Of a stretch of DNA of 64,000 bases, positions 1 through 9,717 are shown one piece after another. The DNA is taken from the NCBI GenBank assembly GCA_963770835.1, contig CAVYRH010000004.1:166515-230514 (forward strand), read 5' to 3'. The stretch comes from an uncultured Pseudomonadota bacterium (GTDB taxonomy: Bacteria > Oederibacteriota > Muellerivitia > Muellerivitales > Muellerivitaceae). The notes beneath the pieces were generated by a model. That model was not told the origin of the DNA and ran no database searches. It worked only from the letters and a program-made list of their open reading frames with translations. The position numbers and the translations under genes were made by a program. Positions within the stretch are counted from its first letter, which is position 1, and each line of letters starts with the position of its first letter.

Positions 1-1474
1 GGTACATCCGGGCCGCCTCCAGGAGGTCGGATGGGATCGCCATGGCCCCCGCGATGACGTTGAACAAAATGTACCATTGGGCTCCCAAGACCATCAAGGC
101 GATGCTGCCCCATCCAAGAGAGATGCTGAAAAAATTCATGATGAAAATTACATAGGAAAATAGCATGGGCGAGGGAAAGGAAGCGGCGATTTGAACGAAG
201 GGCTGGGCGATGCGGGAAAGACGCGGCGAAAGGCCGATCCAAAGCCCCACCGGAATGGTCCAAACCGCCGAAACCCCCACGGCCACCAGAACCCGAGCCA
301 GGGTAACCAAGGCCTCCTGGACGATGAGTTTCCATTGATCCAGATGCACCCTGCTGAAAAGCTCAATGATTTTCCAGGCCCCAAACAGCATCAAGCCCAC
401 CAGCGTGATAAATGCCAAAATCGAGAAGATCCTTACCCAGGCCTTGTCGGAGGGCTTGGAGGAGGCCGCCGGCCTGGCGCCGGCCTTGTCCGCGGGCGGC
501 ATGGCCGCGGAGGAAACGGTCTGTTTCGCCTTGAACAGGCCCTGAAAAATTTTGAAAATTTGGGAGCGGTTCAGGAGATCTAAAAACCAAGAATGCAGGC
601 CTTCCTCATTTCCGCCCTCCTCCACGCGGAACTTCTGGCCCCAGACCACCAGGGGCCGCCAGAGGAACTGGTCCAGGAAAACAATCATGAGGATCATGGC
701 GACGATTCCAAAAAATTTAGCCCAACCGTTATGGTGTTCGTCCGCGTAGCTCATATAGGAACCGAGGCCCGGAAGACGAAAGTCCTTATCCTTAAATTGG
801 AAAGATTCACAAACGGTGAGGAAAAACCAACCTCCCGCCATACTCATCATGCTGTTCCAAATAAGCCCAATGCCCGAAAAAGGAATTTCCAATTTGGTGG
901 CCTTTTGCCACCAGTTAAAGCGGTAGACCGCCGCCGCTTCCAGGAGATATTGGGGGATGGACCTCAGGGACTGGTAAAAACTGAAGGTCATATTCCAAAC
1001 CTGACCCGTGAAAATACTGATGACGCACGCCAGCTCCAGGCCGATATTGCTGTTGGGGAAAAGCGCCACCATGGCTAAAAGAAGACCGGGTAAGATGGCC
1101 AAGACCGGAATGCTCTGTAGAATATCCAGCAGGGGAATGAGGACTTTTTCAGCGATGTGGTCCTTCGCGGCCCAATAACCGTAAGCGAAGGTAAATAAAA
1201 GGGAAAGAATGTAGGCCAGCAAGCCGCGGCAAAGGGAGAAAAAGGTGTATTTGGGTAGGGCCCAGGGCGAAAGATCGATCTCCACGGCGGCGCGGTGGAC
1301 TCCCGTCCACTCGCTTGCCACCTTCAAGATGCCGAAGATGAGGCCGATCAAACCCAATAACAGCGAGACATCAATCCACCAGACTTTTTGATAGCGGGTG
1401 ATGAAGGCAGTCGCATTTCCCCATACTTTCTTAATGGGGATCGGGGGAACGTTGAGGAGTTTTTTGATTTCCAT
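1..1474 (-). CDS. ABC transporter permease, NitT/TauT (nitrate/sulfonate/bicarbonate) type with two tandem permease domains. Partial: the C-terminus runs off the window edge.
   Basis: Manual translation of the minus strand from ATG (plus cat 1472-1474) gives an open frame to position 1 with multiple TM helices. Two EAA-like permease motifs (LLEAAAVYRFNWWQ.., LLEAARMY). No stop in the window, which is why it is absent from the ORF track. Confidence 0.6.
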   Translation of the reverse strand, partial: MEIKKLLNVPPIPIKKVWGNATAFITRYQKVWWIDVSLLLGLIGLIFGILKVASEWTGVHRAAVEIDLSPWALPKYTFFSLCRGLLAYILSLLFTFAYGYWAAKDHIAEKVLIPLLDILQSIPVLAILPGLLLAMVALFPNSNIGLELACVISIFTGQVWNMTFSFYQSLRSIPQYLLEAAAVYRFNWWQKATKLEIPFSGIGLIWNSMMSMAGGWFFLTVCESFQFKDKDFRLPGLGSYMSYADEHHNGWAKFFGIVAMILMIVFLDQFLWRPLVVWGQKFRVEEGGNEEGLHSWFLDLLNRSQIFKIFQGLFKAKQTVSSAAMPPADKAGARPAASSKPSDKAWVRIFSILAFITLVGLMLFGAWKIIELFSRVHLDQWKLIVQEALVTLARVLVAVGVSAVWTIPVGLWIGLSPRLSRIAQPFVQIAASFPSPMLFSYVIFIMNFFSISLGWGSIALMVLGAQWYILFNVIAGAMAIPSDLLEAARMY

Positions 1475-1499
1475 GGGCGAATTCTTTAGAGGTTTAATT

Positions 1500-1650
1500 T
1501 GTCATTGCGAGGAATACCCGACGAATAGGCGGGTGGTAATGACGAAGCAACCTCAGTTTAAATATGCTGTTGTGAAGGATCGACAACCAAGGCTAAAACC
1601 ACCCTTGAACTGGGGTTGCTTCGCCTCAAAATTCGAGGCTCGCAATGACA
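1500..1650. repeat. Nested inverted-repeat (MITE/REP-like) element. Outer 12-bp IR TGTCATTGCGAG/CTCGCAATGACA, inner 14-bp IR CGAAGCAACCTCAG/CTGGGGTTGCTTCG.
   Basis: Read directly: 1500-1511 pairs with 1639-1650, and 1543-1556 pairs with 1610-1623 (13/14). Lies in a divergent intergenic region. Confidence 0.45.
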
Positions 1651-1801
1651 GCTATCAATGATTTATTCGAACCGCCGGGAAATCATAAGCCGGGGGCGGG
1701 GGGGAGGAAAGAAAAAAGTGGCGGAAGGTGAAGGAAAAGGAATAGTGTAGCCAACGGACGGTTGACTGCGAGTTTACCGAAGGTTAACAAAAGGGGATTT
1801 C

Positions 1802-2731
1802 ATGAAGCGGCTTCTATTCCTGTTTTTACTCTTATGCGGTACGCGGCTTTGGGCGGATTCGACCCCTTCGGCAAACTCAGAGCGGACAGGCTCGTCCCCC
1901 AGGGATTCAGGATGGAGCTCCGTTGAAAAAATCCTGGGGCGGCCGGGGAAGGATCAGGGGCAGGGGCTTCAGGTTCTTTTCCCCCGTACGGATTTAAACG
2001 TGGTGGTCCAGGGTTTTCCCCTGGATTCGGCCAATGTGCTGGTGAGCCGGCTCCTCTTCCAATCCGCGCCCCCAGGCAAGCCCCAGAAGGCCCGAATGGA
2101 GGGGCGGGTTTACCTGTTGGACTCGGAGGTCCCCCAAACCATGGCCCAGGCCGCCCGGGGCGGCCTGGAAATCACGGCCCTTTATGGGCCTTTCTTGGAG
2201 GAATCCCCGGCCTTGAAATGCCTGCGCCTGAGGGGGGTAGGGTCCCGGTCCAGCCTGGCCTGGGCGGCTCAAATGGTTCTTTCCACCACCGGAACGCCGA
2301 TGGACCCACCAGCCAAGAATGTAACACCAGTGGGGTCTCCAACGGCCTCGGCGACTGCTTCCGCGAATCAAGATACCTGGGAAGATGTCCAAGACGTCTT
2401 AGGACAGGGTGAGCAGAAAGGGTTGACCCTTATGTATAAGTGGGAAGGGAAAGACCGGGACGCCTCCCTTGCCTTCCAAAACCATGGAAAAGACACCACG
2501 GTCTTCGGGGAATTTTCCGTTCCTGAAGAAGAATCTAAGGCGCTGGTGGAGGTCTTCCTCCAGCGGCATATCGTGGTGACATCCCGGTTTACGGAAGATT
2601 CCACCGAACCCCCGCGAAGCTTCGTCGACTTTTGGGCGGTGGGGGATGGAAAGAAACTGGCGGAGGATTTGAAGGAAATTTTACCCCAAGAAGAAGTGGT
2701 TAACCCTGATTCATTATTGGCGAATCCCTAG
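1802..2731 (+). CDS. Secreted hypothetical protein (signal peptide MKRLLFLFLLLCGTRLWA)
   Basis: 309-aa ORF with an N-terminal signal peptide. No confident family assignment. Confidence 0.6.
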   Translation: MKRLLFLFLLLCGTRLWADSTPSANSERTGSSPRDSGWSSVEKILGRPGKDQGQGLQVLFPRTDLNVVVQGFPLDSANVLVSRLLFQSAPPGKPQKARMEGRVYLLDSEVPQTMAQAARGGLEITALYGPFLEESPALKCLRLRGVGSRSSLAWAAQMVLSTTGTPMDPPAKNVTPVGSPTASATASANQDTWEDVQDVLGQGEQKGLTLMYKWEGKDRDASLAFQNHGKDTTVFGEFSVPEEESKALVEVFLQRHIVVTSRFTEDSTEPPRSFVDFWAVGDGKKLAEDLKEILPQEEVVNPDSLLANP

Positions 2732-2744
2732 TGCTTTTAGGCTG

Positions 2745-3569
2745 TCAGTGAAGGGGATTCAACACTGCCTGTAGAAATTCCGAAACGGCTTGGATCGTGC
2801 CCCGGGTCATTTTATGCCCGATGGGAAATCCTTTTGAAATGGGGCGATAACCCGCCCGCCTTAAAGCCTCGAGGGTCGCCTGGACCATCTCTTCCTGGAC
2901 GATTGGGTCCAGTATCCCGTGCACCACGAGGATGGGCGTTCTGCGGGAAGCCGCCGGATGGGCCAGGGTTTTCTCCGGTTCCCCTATATAACCGTTCATC
3001 GAAACGACCGCCGCGATGTTTCCTTTGTAGTTCACCCCCGCCTCCAAGGACATCACGGCGCCTTGGGAAAACCCCATGATGACCACGGGCCTTCCAGTTC
3101 CCCCAGGGTTCGTTTGAACGGGAGCTTGGAGGGGAACATCTGAATCCGAAGAGATTGAATATTGCTTGGAAAAGTAATCCATGACCGCGAAAAGATAGTC
3201 CCGGCTTCTTTCGATATCCTTACGGCTGTGGGTCACGCGGTTGTACCAGGCATGGGTGAAGGAAGAGTATGGAGTCGTAGGAAAAGGGCCATCCGGCAGG
3301 ACGATCAAGCAGGGGGGAAGCTGGAATTCCCCGCTAATGCCCAACATCTCGTCGCCGTTGGTCCCGTAGCCGTGCAGGATCAGGACGACCGGAGCATCCG
3401 GTGGAAGGTCCTTGGGAGCCACCACCAGGCAACGGTGACCCTGAACGTACTCCGTGGAATAGGGAGCTTGGGCCCCGGCGGTTCCGGTCCCCAAAAGGAT
3501 TCCCAAAGCCACAAAGGCAATTCGAACAAAGTTTAATGTGTTGAAGACATTTTTCCTAAACCGAATCAA
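2745..3569 (-). CDS. Alpha/beta-hydrolase esterase (phospholipase/carboxylesterase family), secreted
   Basis: HGYG oxyanion-hole region, GFSQG nucleophile-elbow motif, C-terminal His region. Signal peptide. 4-nt overlap with the downstream yfhO-like gene. Confidence 0.7.
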   Translation of the reverse strand: MIRFRKNVFNTLNFVRIAFVALGILLGTGTAGAQAPYSTEYVQGHRCLVVAPKDLPPDAPVVLILHGYGTNGDEMLGISGEFQLPPCLIVLPDGPFPTTPYSSFTHAWYNRVTHSRKDIERSRDYLFAVMDYFSKQYSISSDSDVPLQAPVQTNPGGTGRPVVIMGFSQGAVMSLEAGVNYKGNIAAVVSMNGYIGEPEKTLAHPAASRRTPILVVHGILDPIVQEEMVQATLEALRRAGYRPISKGFPIGHKMTRGTIQAVSEFLQAVLNPLH

Positions 3570-5677
3570 CGTTTTTTCCCTCGATTCCCAAAGTTATAAA
3601 CGAACCCCGGAATAATCCTCAAAAACCCCGCTGAAAAACCCGCGAGGGCGAGAAGAGTGATGAAAAGCCCCAGGCGGAAGGTGGCGGGTTCATAGCGGAA
3701 ATCCGCCTGCTGACCGCCTGATTCCACAGCCACGGCCATGAAAAGGCCGTAAGCCCTCAAAATGGGCGTGGGTTTTCCATCCACCCAGGCGTGCCATCCT
3801 GGTGCGTAGCTTTCATTAAATACCACATAACCCGGTGCCGGTGAATCGGTGAAAGCGAAGATCCAGTTTCCGGAGGGACGGTAAATATCCTTTGTCGGCC
3901 GAAGGGCCAGCAGCCGTGAAACCGGGGAAAGCTGAACGAGAGTTCTATCGGAATTCCTCTCCAAATAAATTTTCTCCCGCCATTGGCTGTTGGGCTGCGC
4001 CAGGACGTTGAGAAGGGAAGGGCGGTCGGGAAATTCCGCAGTTCCAGGAACCCGGCGCATATCCACGGAAGCTTGAGAATCCAGGGAGAGGAAATTTTTC
4101 CCTATTTTCCCAGCCAATCGGTATTTGGGGGCAGGAAGGGGCTGTGGCAGGAGAAAGGCGCGCACCCCGGCGATCTCCAAGAGGTCACCCGAATAGGGGA
4201 ATCCCAAGTTTAAGTAACGCATGGTGTCCTTCAAGTTCTCCGTCTGGAGGGAAAAATAACCGGTCACCGTTCTTAAGCCCCAAACCATGTTGGTGTTGGG
4301 CAGGAGATTATCCGGGAAAACCCGGGACAGCCTTTCCTTCATTTCATCGTCCGTTTTTTCACCCGCCACGGACATGAAGAGGGAAGTTTGCAGGGCCAAT
4401 AGTCTTTCTCCGTCGGCTTCCTTCTGGATTTCCCCCACTTGCCGCTGGAGGATCGGGTCCCGGTAAGGGTTCGGAATCCGGTCGGTCAGGCGGAAGGGTA
4501 ACACCAATAGGTCCACAAGCCACAGGGCGGCGAGGACCCAAACCCAGGAGGTCTTTTTTATTCCTTCCGCGGATGGGTCCGCCGGGTTCCCCAGGAAACG
4601 GCAAAGGGAGGTACAAGCGGCGAAAAGAAAAAGCCCCACCGCTTTGGAAGGTTCCAGGAGGTTAAAGGCCGTGGCCGGTATGAGCTTCCACAAGAAAAGG
4701 GAGGGCCCGGCCATCCACACGAGCAGCAGAAGCGACAAGGGCCCCCAAAACCCGGCGCGGGTTCTTTTAAACACAAGGGATGCCATCCAAACCAGGCATG
4801 GGATGAGGCCGAAGTAAAGGTCGCCGAAGAGGGAGTTGGTGGAATCACTCCGGTAGTCGGAAGCGCCTGGAACCCCCAAGAACGTGGGATGAAAGAGGGT
4901 CAGGTATTCCCAAGGATGGGTGTAATAGGGGAACAGGTTCCAATGGTCGTGGGTGGTGTAGGTTAAAAATTCAAAAAAAGGAAACCACTGAAGGGATGTC
5001 AAAAGAAGCGAAGCTCCCAAGAGAATCACCACCCGGCCGATGACAGACGCTAAAGGGTGCTCCAAAGCCATCCAAAACAAAAGAACAACCCAGGTGTAAA
5101 AGACAAAGGTGGGATATCCAGCCAAGAGTTGGAGGCTCAAGACGGCCACCGCCAGCAAGGATTCCTTCAGCCTTCGATGTTGGAGGGCCTGGTGGACGGA
5201 CAGGAAAACCCAGGGGATCCAGCTTGCGGTGGCGATGAAAGGGAGGTTGATCCAACAACGGATGAAATGGGCCGAACCCGCGAAGGAAAGGGCGCCCAAG
5301 GCCGCGACCCACCCCCCGCTTTTCTGGGACCGGGCCCAAAAAAAGAATCCCACGTAGGCCCAGGCCTCGTGCAAGAGCGCGAGCCAAACCAGCCCATGGG
5401 GAAGGCCCAGGGTGTTTAAAAGCCAATAAGGCGGGTAAAAAAAGGCCGACTGCCAATTGGCCAGGTGGGGTATGCCGCAGCTGAGATAAGGGTTCCAGAG
5501 GGGGATTAGCCCTGCCCGGAGACTTTCCAGGTTAAAGGCCCTCTCCGGATAGACGTAAGCCAGGATGTCATTGTGAAAGGGAAGCCGGTTCCCCAGCCAA
5601 AGGGCGGAGGCGGCCAGGGTTAACAAATAAAGTCCGGGCATCCATTTAGAGGAGAGGGGAAAAGGATACTTAACCAA
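3566..5677 (-). CDS. YfhO-family polytopic membrane protein (putative glycosyl or lipid transferase)
   Basis: 703 aa with more than 12 predicted TM helices. YfhO-like N-terminal and loop composition, plus a C-terminal soluble domain. Confidence 0.55.
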   Translation of the reverse strand: MVKYPFPLSSKWMPGLYLLTLAASALWLGNRLPFHNDILAYVYPERAFNLESLRAGLIPLWNPYLSCGIPHLANWQSAFFYPPYWLLNTLGLPHGLVWLALLHEAWAYVGFFFWARSQKSGGWVAALGALSFAGSAHFIRCWINLPFIATASWIPWVFLSVHQALQHRRLKESLLAVAVLSLQLLAGYPTFVFYTWVVLLFWMALEHPLASVIGRVVILLGASLLLTSLQWFPFFEFLTYTTHDHWNLFPYYTHPWEYLTLFHPTFLGVPGASDYRSDSTNSLFGDLYFGLIPCLVWMASLVFKRTRAGFWGPLSLLLLVWMAGPSLFLWKLIPATAFNLLEPSKAVGLFLFAACTSLCRFLGNPADPSAEGIKKTSWVWVLAALWLVDLLVLPFRLTDRIPNPYRDPILQRQVGEIQKEADGERLLALQTSLFMSVAGEKTDDEMKERLSRVFPDNLLPNTNMVWGLRTVTGYFSLQTENLKDTMRYLNLGFPYSGDLLEIAGVRAFLLPQPLPAPKYRLAGKIGKNFLSLDSQASVDMRRVPGTAEFPDRPSLLNVLAQPNSQWREKIYLERNSDRTLVQLSPVSRLLALRPTKDIYRPSGNWIFAFTDSPAPGYVVFNESYAPGWHAWVDGKPTPILRAYGLFMAVAVESGGQQADFRYEPATFRLGLFITLLALAGFSAGFLRIIPGFVYNFGNRGKKR

Positions 5678-5852
5678 TTGTATTTATCCCCTGGGAGCAT
5701 GAAAAATAGCCGGGGAAACAACGTTCCGGGCTTGAAAGCCGGGATGGAGCCCCGATCGATCAGAAACCATTATAACGGGTGGGCATCTTTTTGACCGGGG
5801 GTCCATGCTAGAATACGCCCCCTGTCGGGCAAACTTTACGAGGAGGCGGGTC

Positions 5853-7295
5853 ATGGCGGCTACAGCGGAACAAGTGAAGCAAGCGGATTTCGGGGTGCTG
5901 GGGATCGCGGTAATGGGTGAGAACCTGGCCATGAATATCGAGGACCACGGCTTTTCGGTGGCCGTCTGCAACCTCCGGAGCGACCGGGTGACGCCCTTCA
6001 TGAAGCGTAACGCGGGAAAGAAATTCGTCGGCGCCCATACCCTGGAGGACTTCGTGAAGGCCCTGAAGCCGCCCCGCCGCGTCATGCTGATGGTCAAGGC
6101 CGGGGACCCGGTGGATGACGCCATCAAACTGTTGAAGCCCCTCCTGTCCAAGGGCGACATCATCATCGACGGCGGCAATTCCTGGTTCAAGGACACCCAG
6201 CGCCGGGAAGCCGAACTGACCAAGGAAGGTTTTTACTTTTTCGGCGCCGGAGTCTCGGGCGGCGAGGAAGGGGCCCGCTTCGGACCCTCCATCATGCCGG
6301 GCGGAAGCCCCCAGGCCTACGAGTTCGTGCGGCCGGTTTTCGAGGCCATCTCCGCCAAGACCGAGTCGGGCCCCTGCGTCACCCATTGCGGCCCGGACGG
6401 GGCCGGCCATTTCGTGAAGATGGTGCACAACGGCATCGAGTACGGCGATATGCAATTGATCGCCGAGGCCTACGATATCCTGCGCAAAGTGCTCGGACTT
6501 TCCGCCGCCGAGTTGGCGGATATCTTCAATGGGTGGAATAAAGGGATCCTGGATTCCTTCCTCATTGAACTCACCGCCAAGGTTTTCACCGTCAAGGACG
6601 ACGAGACGGGCAAGCCCCTAGTGGACATGATCCTGGACAAGGCGGGCCAAAAAGGAACGGGCAAGTGGACCGCCCAAATCGCGCTGGACTTGGGAATCCA
6701 AATCCCCACCATTGTCGCGGCTTTGGATGGGCGCGGCATGTCGAGCATTAAGGAAGAAAGGGTGGAGGTCAGCAAGCAAATCAAGGGTCCCACCATCTCC
6801 TATAAAGAAGATAAGAAGCAACTCATCGACGCCGTACGGGACGCACTTTACGATTCCAAGGTTTGCTCCTACACCCAGGGGATGAGGCTTATCAAGGCCG
6901 CCTCGGATGAGTACAAATGGGGCGTAAATTTGAAGGAAATGGCCCGCATTTGGAAGGGCGGGTGCATCATCCGGGCTAAACTCCTGGATGAGATCATGCA
7001 GGCTTACGGCCGTAACCCCAATCTGCAGTCCCTTTTGTTGGATGAGTCCTTTAAAAAGCGCATCGAATCCACACAAAGCAATTGGCGCAAGGCGGTTTCG
7101 GTGGCGGTGGCCAACGGCATCCCGGTGCCAGCCATGGGGGCCAGTCTGTCGTACTTTGATTCCTACCGTACGGCGGACCTGCCGCAAAACCTGACCCAGG
7201 CCCAGCGGGATTTCTTCGGGGCCCATACCTACCAAAGGGTCGACCATCCGGAGCGAGGATTCCTCCATACCGATTGGCTGTCAAAAACGAAGTAA
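5853..7295 (+). CDS. gnd: 6-phosphogluconate dehydrogenase (decarboxylating)
   Basis: Full-length match to the Gnd signature (GxAxxG NADP site, IIDGGNS, HNGIEYGDMQLI). ATG at 5853 preceded by AGGAGG. A possible -10 element TAGAAT lies at 5809-5814. Confidence 0.93.
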   Translation: MAATAEQVKQADFGVLGIAVMGENLAMNIEDHGFSVAVCNLRSDRVTPFMKRNAGKKFVGAHTLEDFVKALKPPRRVMLMVKAGDPVDDAIKLLKPLLSKGDIIIDGGNSWFKDTQRREAELTKEGFYFFGAGVSGGEEGARFGPSIMPGGSPQAYEFVRPVFEAISAKTESGPCVTHCGPDGAGHFVKMVHNGIEYGDMQLIAEAYDILRKVLGLSAAELADIFNGWNKGILDSFLIELTAKVFTVKDDETGKPLVDMILDKAGQKGTGKWTAQIALDLGIQIPTIVAALDGRGMSSIKEERVEVSKQIKGPTISYKEDKKQLIDAVRDALYDSKVCSYTQGMRLIKAASDEYKWGVNLKEMARIWKGGCIIRAKLLDEIMQAYGRNPNLQSLLLDESFKKRIESTQSNWRKAVSVAVANGIPVPAMGASLSYFDSYRTADLPQNLTQAQRDFFGAHTYQRVDHPERGFLHTDWLSKTK

Positions 7296-7365
7296 TTTCA
7301 GCGAAACCTTGTCCTCCACCCCCTCGTCTAAAGAGGGTGGGACAAACACCACTAAGGAGGAGAGA

Positions 7366-7932
7366 ATGAACTTTAAAGCTTTGATGTTGGGTTTAGTCTT
7401 GGCGGCCTTGGCTTTTGGCCAAGCTTCGGCCCAGAGCTTCGATTTGGGAGTAGAAGCGGGAGCGAACTTCTCAAATTTCATCGGAAGCGCAGCCCCCAGC
7501 GGGAACTTCAACAGCGACAAGCTGGGATTCGTGGGTGGCGGGTTTTTGTGCCTGAATTTCGGGAGTTCCTTTGGAATCCGTCCCGAGGTTCTTTACGAGC
7601 AAAAGGGCAACCAGATTTCAGGGACTAGCACCACCACTGAACTGGATTACATCGAAATACCGGTGCTTTTGAAGCTTTCCCTGGGAACGCCGGTTTTCAA
7701 CCCGTCGATTCTTTTGGGCCCTTCCTTTTCGTGGAATTTGCTGGCCCAAGGCGGCGGGGTTAATATCAACGGCGTCAACAGCTCCGATACGGGGTTGGTC
7801 GGCGGAGTGGAATTTGATTTCAGCAAGTTCCTCATATCCGGCCGGTACGAATTGGGATTGGATAATGTGAAGAGCGATTCCAACGTCCAAAACGGAACCC
7901 TTACATTCCTGATCGGTTATAATTTCATGTAA
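7366..7932 (+). CDS. Outer-membrane beta-barrel protein (OmpW/OmpA-like porin family)
   Basis: Signal peptide (ALAFGQASA), alternating beta-strand pattern, and a C-terminal aromatic residue (NF). Confidence 0.65.
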   Translation: MNFKALMLGLVLAALAFGQASAQSFDLGVEAGANFSNFIGSAAPSGNFNSDKLGFVGGGFLCLNFGSSFGIRPEVLYEQKGNQISGTSTTTELDYIEIPVLLKLSLGTPVFNPSILLGPSFSWNLLAQGGGVNINGVNSSDTGLVGGVEFDFSKFLISGRYELGLDNVKSDSNVQNGTLTFLIGYNFM

Positions 7933-7962
7933 CTGGTGGTTTAGATGAGCAGGACCATGACA

Positions 7963-7996
7963 AAAGGCCCGGGAGGTTCCCGGGCCTTTTGTATTT
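7963..7996 (+). terminator. Rho-independent terminator after the OMP gene
   Basis: 12-bp perfect stem AAAGGCCCGGGA/TCCCGGGCCTTT, 3-nt loop, then TTTTGTATTT. Confidence 0.8.
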
Positions 7997-8039
7997 GTGG
8001 CTATTGCTGGTATTCCAGCTTTCAAGGGCTCCCAGGGCT

Positions 8040-8055
8040 TGTGAAATCTTTCACA
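8040..8055. promoter_or_regulatory. CRP/FNR-family binding-site candidate TGTGAAATCTTTCACA (7-2-7 perfect palindrome)
   Basis: Exact TGTGA-N6-TCACA consensus, about 205 bp upstream of the nuoA start. Confidence 0.55.
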
Positions 8056-8122
8056 CCCTCATTTGTCAAACGCTCCGTTAAGGGCAAAAAACGGCAAATT
8101 TAGGAACTCGAAAAGCCTAGTT

Positions 8123-8138
8123 TGTGAAATGTTTCACA
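8123..8138. promoter_or_regulatory. Second CRP/FNR-family site TGTGAAATGTTTCACA
   Basis: Same perfect palindrome 83 bp (about 8 helical turns) downstream of the first. About 122 bp upstream of nuoA. Confidence 0.55.
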
Positions 8139-8252
8139 TTGATTCTTCCATCTAAAAGTCCTTATAATCCAGCCAATTCCACCCTTTCTCCTCCTGCAAT
8201 CCTCTCCAAAATCCTGAAAAGGTGGCATTAAACCTCCCACCGGGGCCAGCAC

Positions 8253-8630
8253 ATGAATTTTGAAATGATTCAAAATCTTTTGCCTTTAGCCCTGGCCTTC
8301 GTACTGGCTCTCGCGGTACCGGCGGCCATGTTTATCCTGTCGGCTTTCCTGGGACCCCGCCGCGACAACGAGGCGAAACTTTCCTCGTATGAGTGCGGCA
8401 TCCAGGCCGAGGCGGTTTCGGGCGACGCCCGCCACCATTTCAACGTGAAGTTCTACCTGATCGCCATGTGCTTCCTGGTCTTCGACGTGGAGGTTGTTTT
8501 CCTTTTACCATGGGCCGTATTGTTCCAGAAGATGGCCTGGGGAGGGTTCTTTTCCATGCTGGCCTTCCTGGGTGTCCTGGCTTTCGGCTGGTTTTACCTC
8601 TTGAAAAGGGGGGCACTGGAATGGGAATGA
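8253..8630 (+). CDS. nuoA: NADH-quinone oxidoreductase subunit A
   Basis: 125 aa with 3 TM helices and a NuoA-like sequence ([17 protein letters not shown]). Confidence 0.9.
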   Translation: MNFEMIQNLLPLALAFVLALAVPAAMFILSAFLGPRRDNEAKLSSYECGIQAEAVSGDARHHFNVKFYLIAMCFLVFDVEVVFLLPWAVLFQKMAWGGFFSMLAFLGVLAFGWFYLLKRGALEWE

Positions 8631-9130
8631 CAGGCGAAGGTTTTCCGGCCATCACCACCCGCAGGGACGCGGTCGTCGCCTGGGGACAGAAAAATTCCCT
8701 GTGGCCCATGCCCTTCGGCACGGCCTGCTGCGCCATCGAGTTCATGGGCGTGGCCGCCTCCGTTTTTGACATCTCCCGCTTCGGCGCCGAACTGGTCCGC
8801 TTTTCCCCGCGCCAAGCCGACCTTCTTTTGGTGGCGGGCACCGTCACCTTCAAGCAGGCTCCCATCCTGAAACAAATTTATGAGCAGATGTGTGAGCCCA
8901 AGTGGGTCATCTCCATGGGCGTCTGCGCTTCCGCCGGCGGGTTCTACAATAACTACTGCACGGTGCAGGGCATCGACCAGGTGATCCCCGTGGATGTTTA
9001 TATCTCCGGCTGCCCCCCCCGTCCCGAGGCCATCCTGCAAGGGGTCCTGAAACTCCAGCATAAGATCGCGAACCCCAAGGCGGTTCCTCCGGCGCAGTTC
9101 AAGGTGAAAGAGCCTCATTTCGACTACTAA
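8621..9130 (+). CDS. nuoB: NADH-quinone oxidoreductase subunit B
   Basis: [10 protein letters not shown] and CPPRPE N2-cluster cysteine motifs. Start overlaps the nuoA stop by 10 nt. Confidence 0.9.
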   Translation: MGMTGEGFPAITTRRDAVVAWGQKNSLWPMPFGTACCAIEFMGVAASVFDISRFGAELVRFSPRQADLLLVAGTVTFKQAPILKQIYEQMCEPKWVISMGVCASAGGFYNNYCTVQGIDQVIPVDVYISGCPPRPEAILQGVLKLQHKIANPKAVPPAQFKVKEPHFDY

Positions 9131-9177
9131 AGCCAGCTCACAGTCGACGGTTCACAGTTCACAGGTAAGGCGAAAAG

Positions 9178-9717
9178 ATGAACAACGAAAACCTATTAGC
9201 GAAATTAACCCAAAAGCATCCCGAAGCCTTGTTGGGTTCGGTGGACCGTTTTGGCGCGCTTGAAATTCAAGTCGCGGGCGAATCCATCGCCGAAGTTGTC
9301 GTGACCCTGCGGGACGATCCGGACTTCTCCTTTAACATGCTCGTCGACCTGGTTTCCATCGATTATTCCGCCTACCAAGGTTGGACGGGCGAGAGGTTCG
9401 GCCTGGCCTACCTCTTCAAGTCCCTGACCCTGGGCCACCGCCTGCAGTTGAAAGTGTCTGTGCCCGAGGATGAACCGATCGCACCGACGATTTCCACGCT
9501 TTACGCCAATGCCAATTGGCTGGAAAGGGAGGCTTACGACCAAATGGGAATCCGCTTCGCCCACCATCCCAACCTGAAACGGATCCTGAACCACCACGAG
9601 TTCGTGGGGCATCCCTTGCGGAAGGATTATCCCATCACCAAACGCCAATGGCTTTCGGCCAACGAGTCCCTGATGGATGAGATGGAAGTACGGTTGAAGG
9701 CGAAGGGCTACGAATGA
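9178..9717 (+). CDS. nuoC: NADH-quinone oxidoreductase subunit C
   Basis: 179 aa of the NuoC/30-kDa subunit family (ANWLEREAYDQMGIRF). Confidence 0.88.
   Translation: MNNENLLAKLTQKHPEALLGSVDRFGALEIQVAGESIAEVVVTLRDDPDFSFNMLVDLVSIDYSAYQGWTGERFGLAYLFKSLTLGHRLQLKVSVPEDEPIAPTISTLYANANWLEREAYDQMGIRFAHHPNLKRILNHHEFVGHPLRKDYPITKRQWLSANESLMDEMEVRLKAKGYE

Noticed and set aside
1398-1661. 87-aa plus-strand ORF in the ABC permease / secreted-protein intergenic region
   Set aside because: It spans the nested inverted-repeat element and its sequence is dictated by the palindromes. Likely non-coding.
5684-6455. Minus-strand ORFs (179 and 215 aa) overlapping gnd
   Set aside because: Antisense to strongly conserved gnd. 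No ribosome-binding site. Low-complexity translation.
8221-8236. Possible sigma-54 promoter (TGGCAT-N5) upstream of nuoA
   Set aside because: The -24 GG is present but the -12 GC element is missing (CTCC instead of TTGC).
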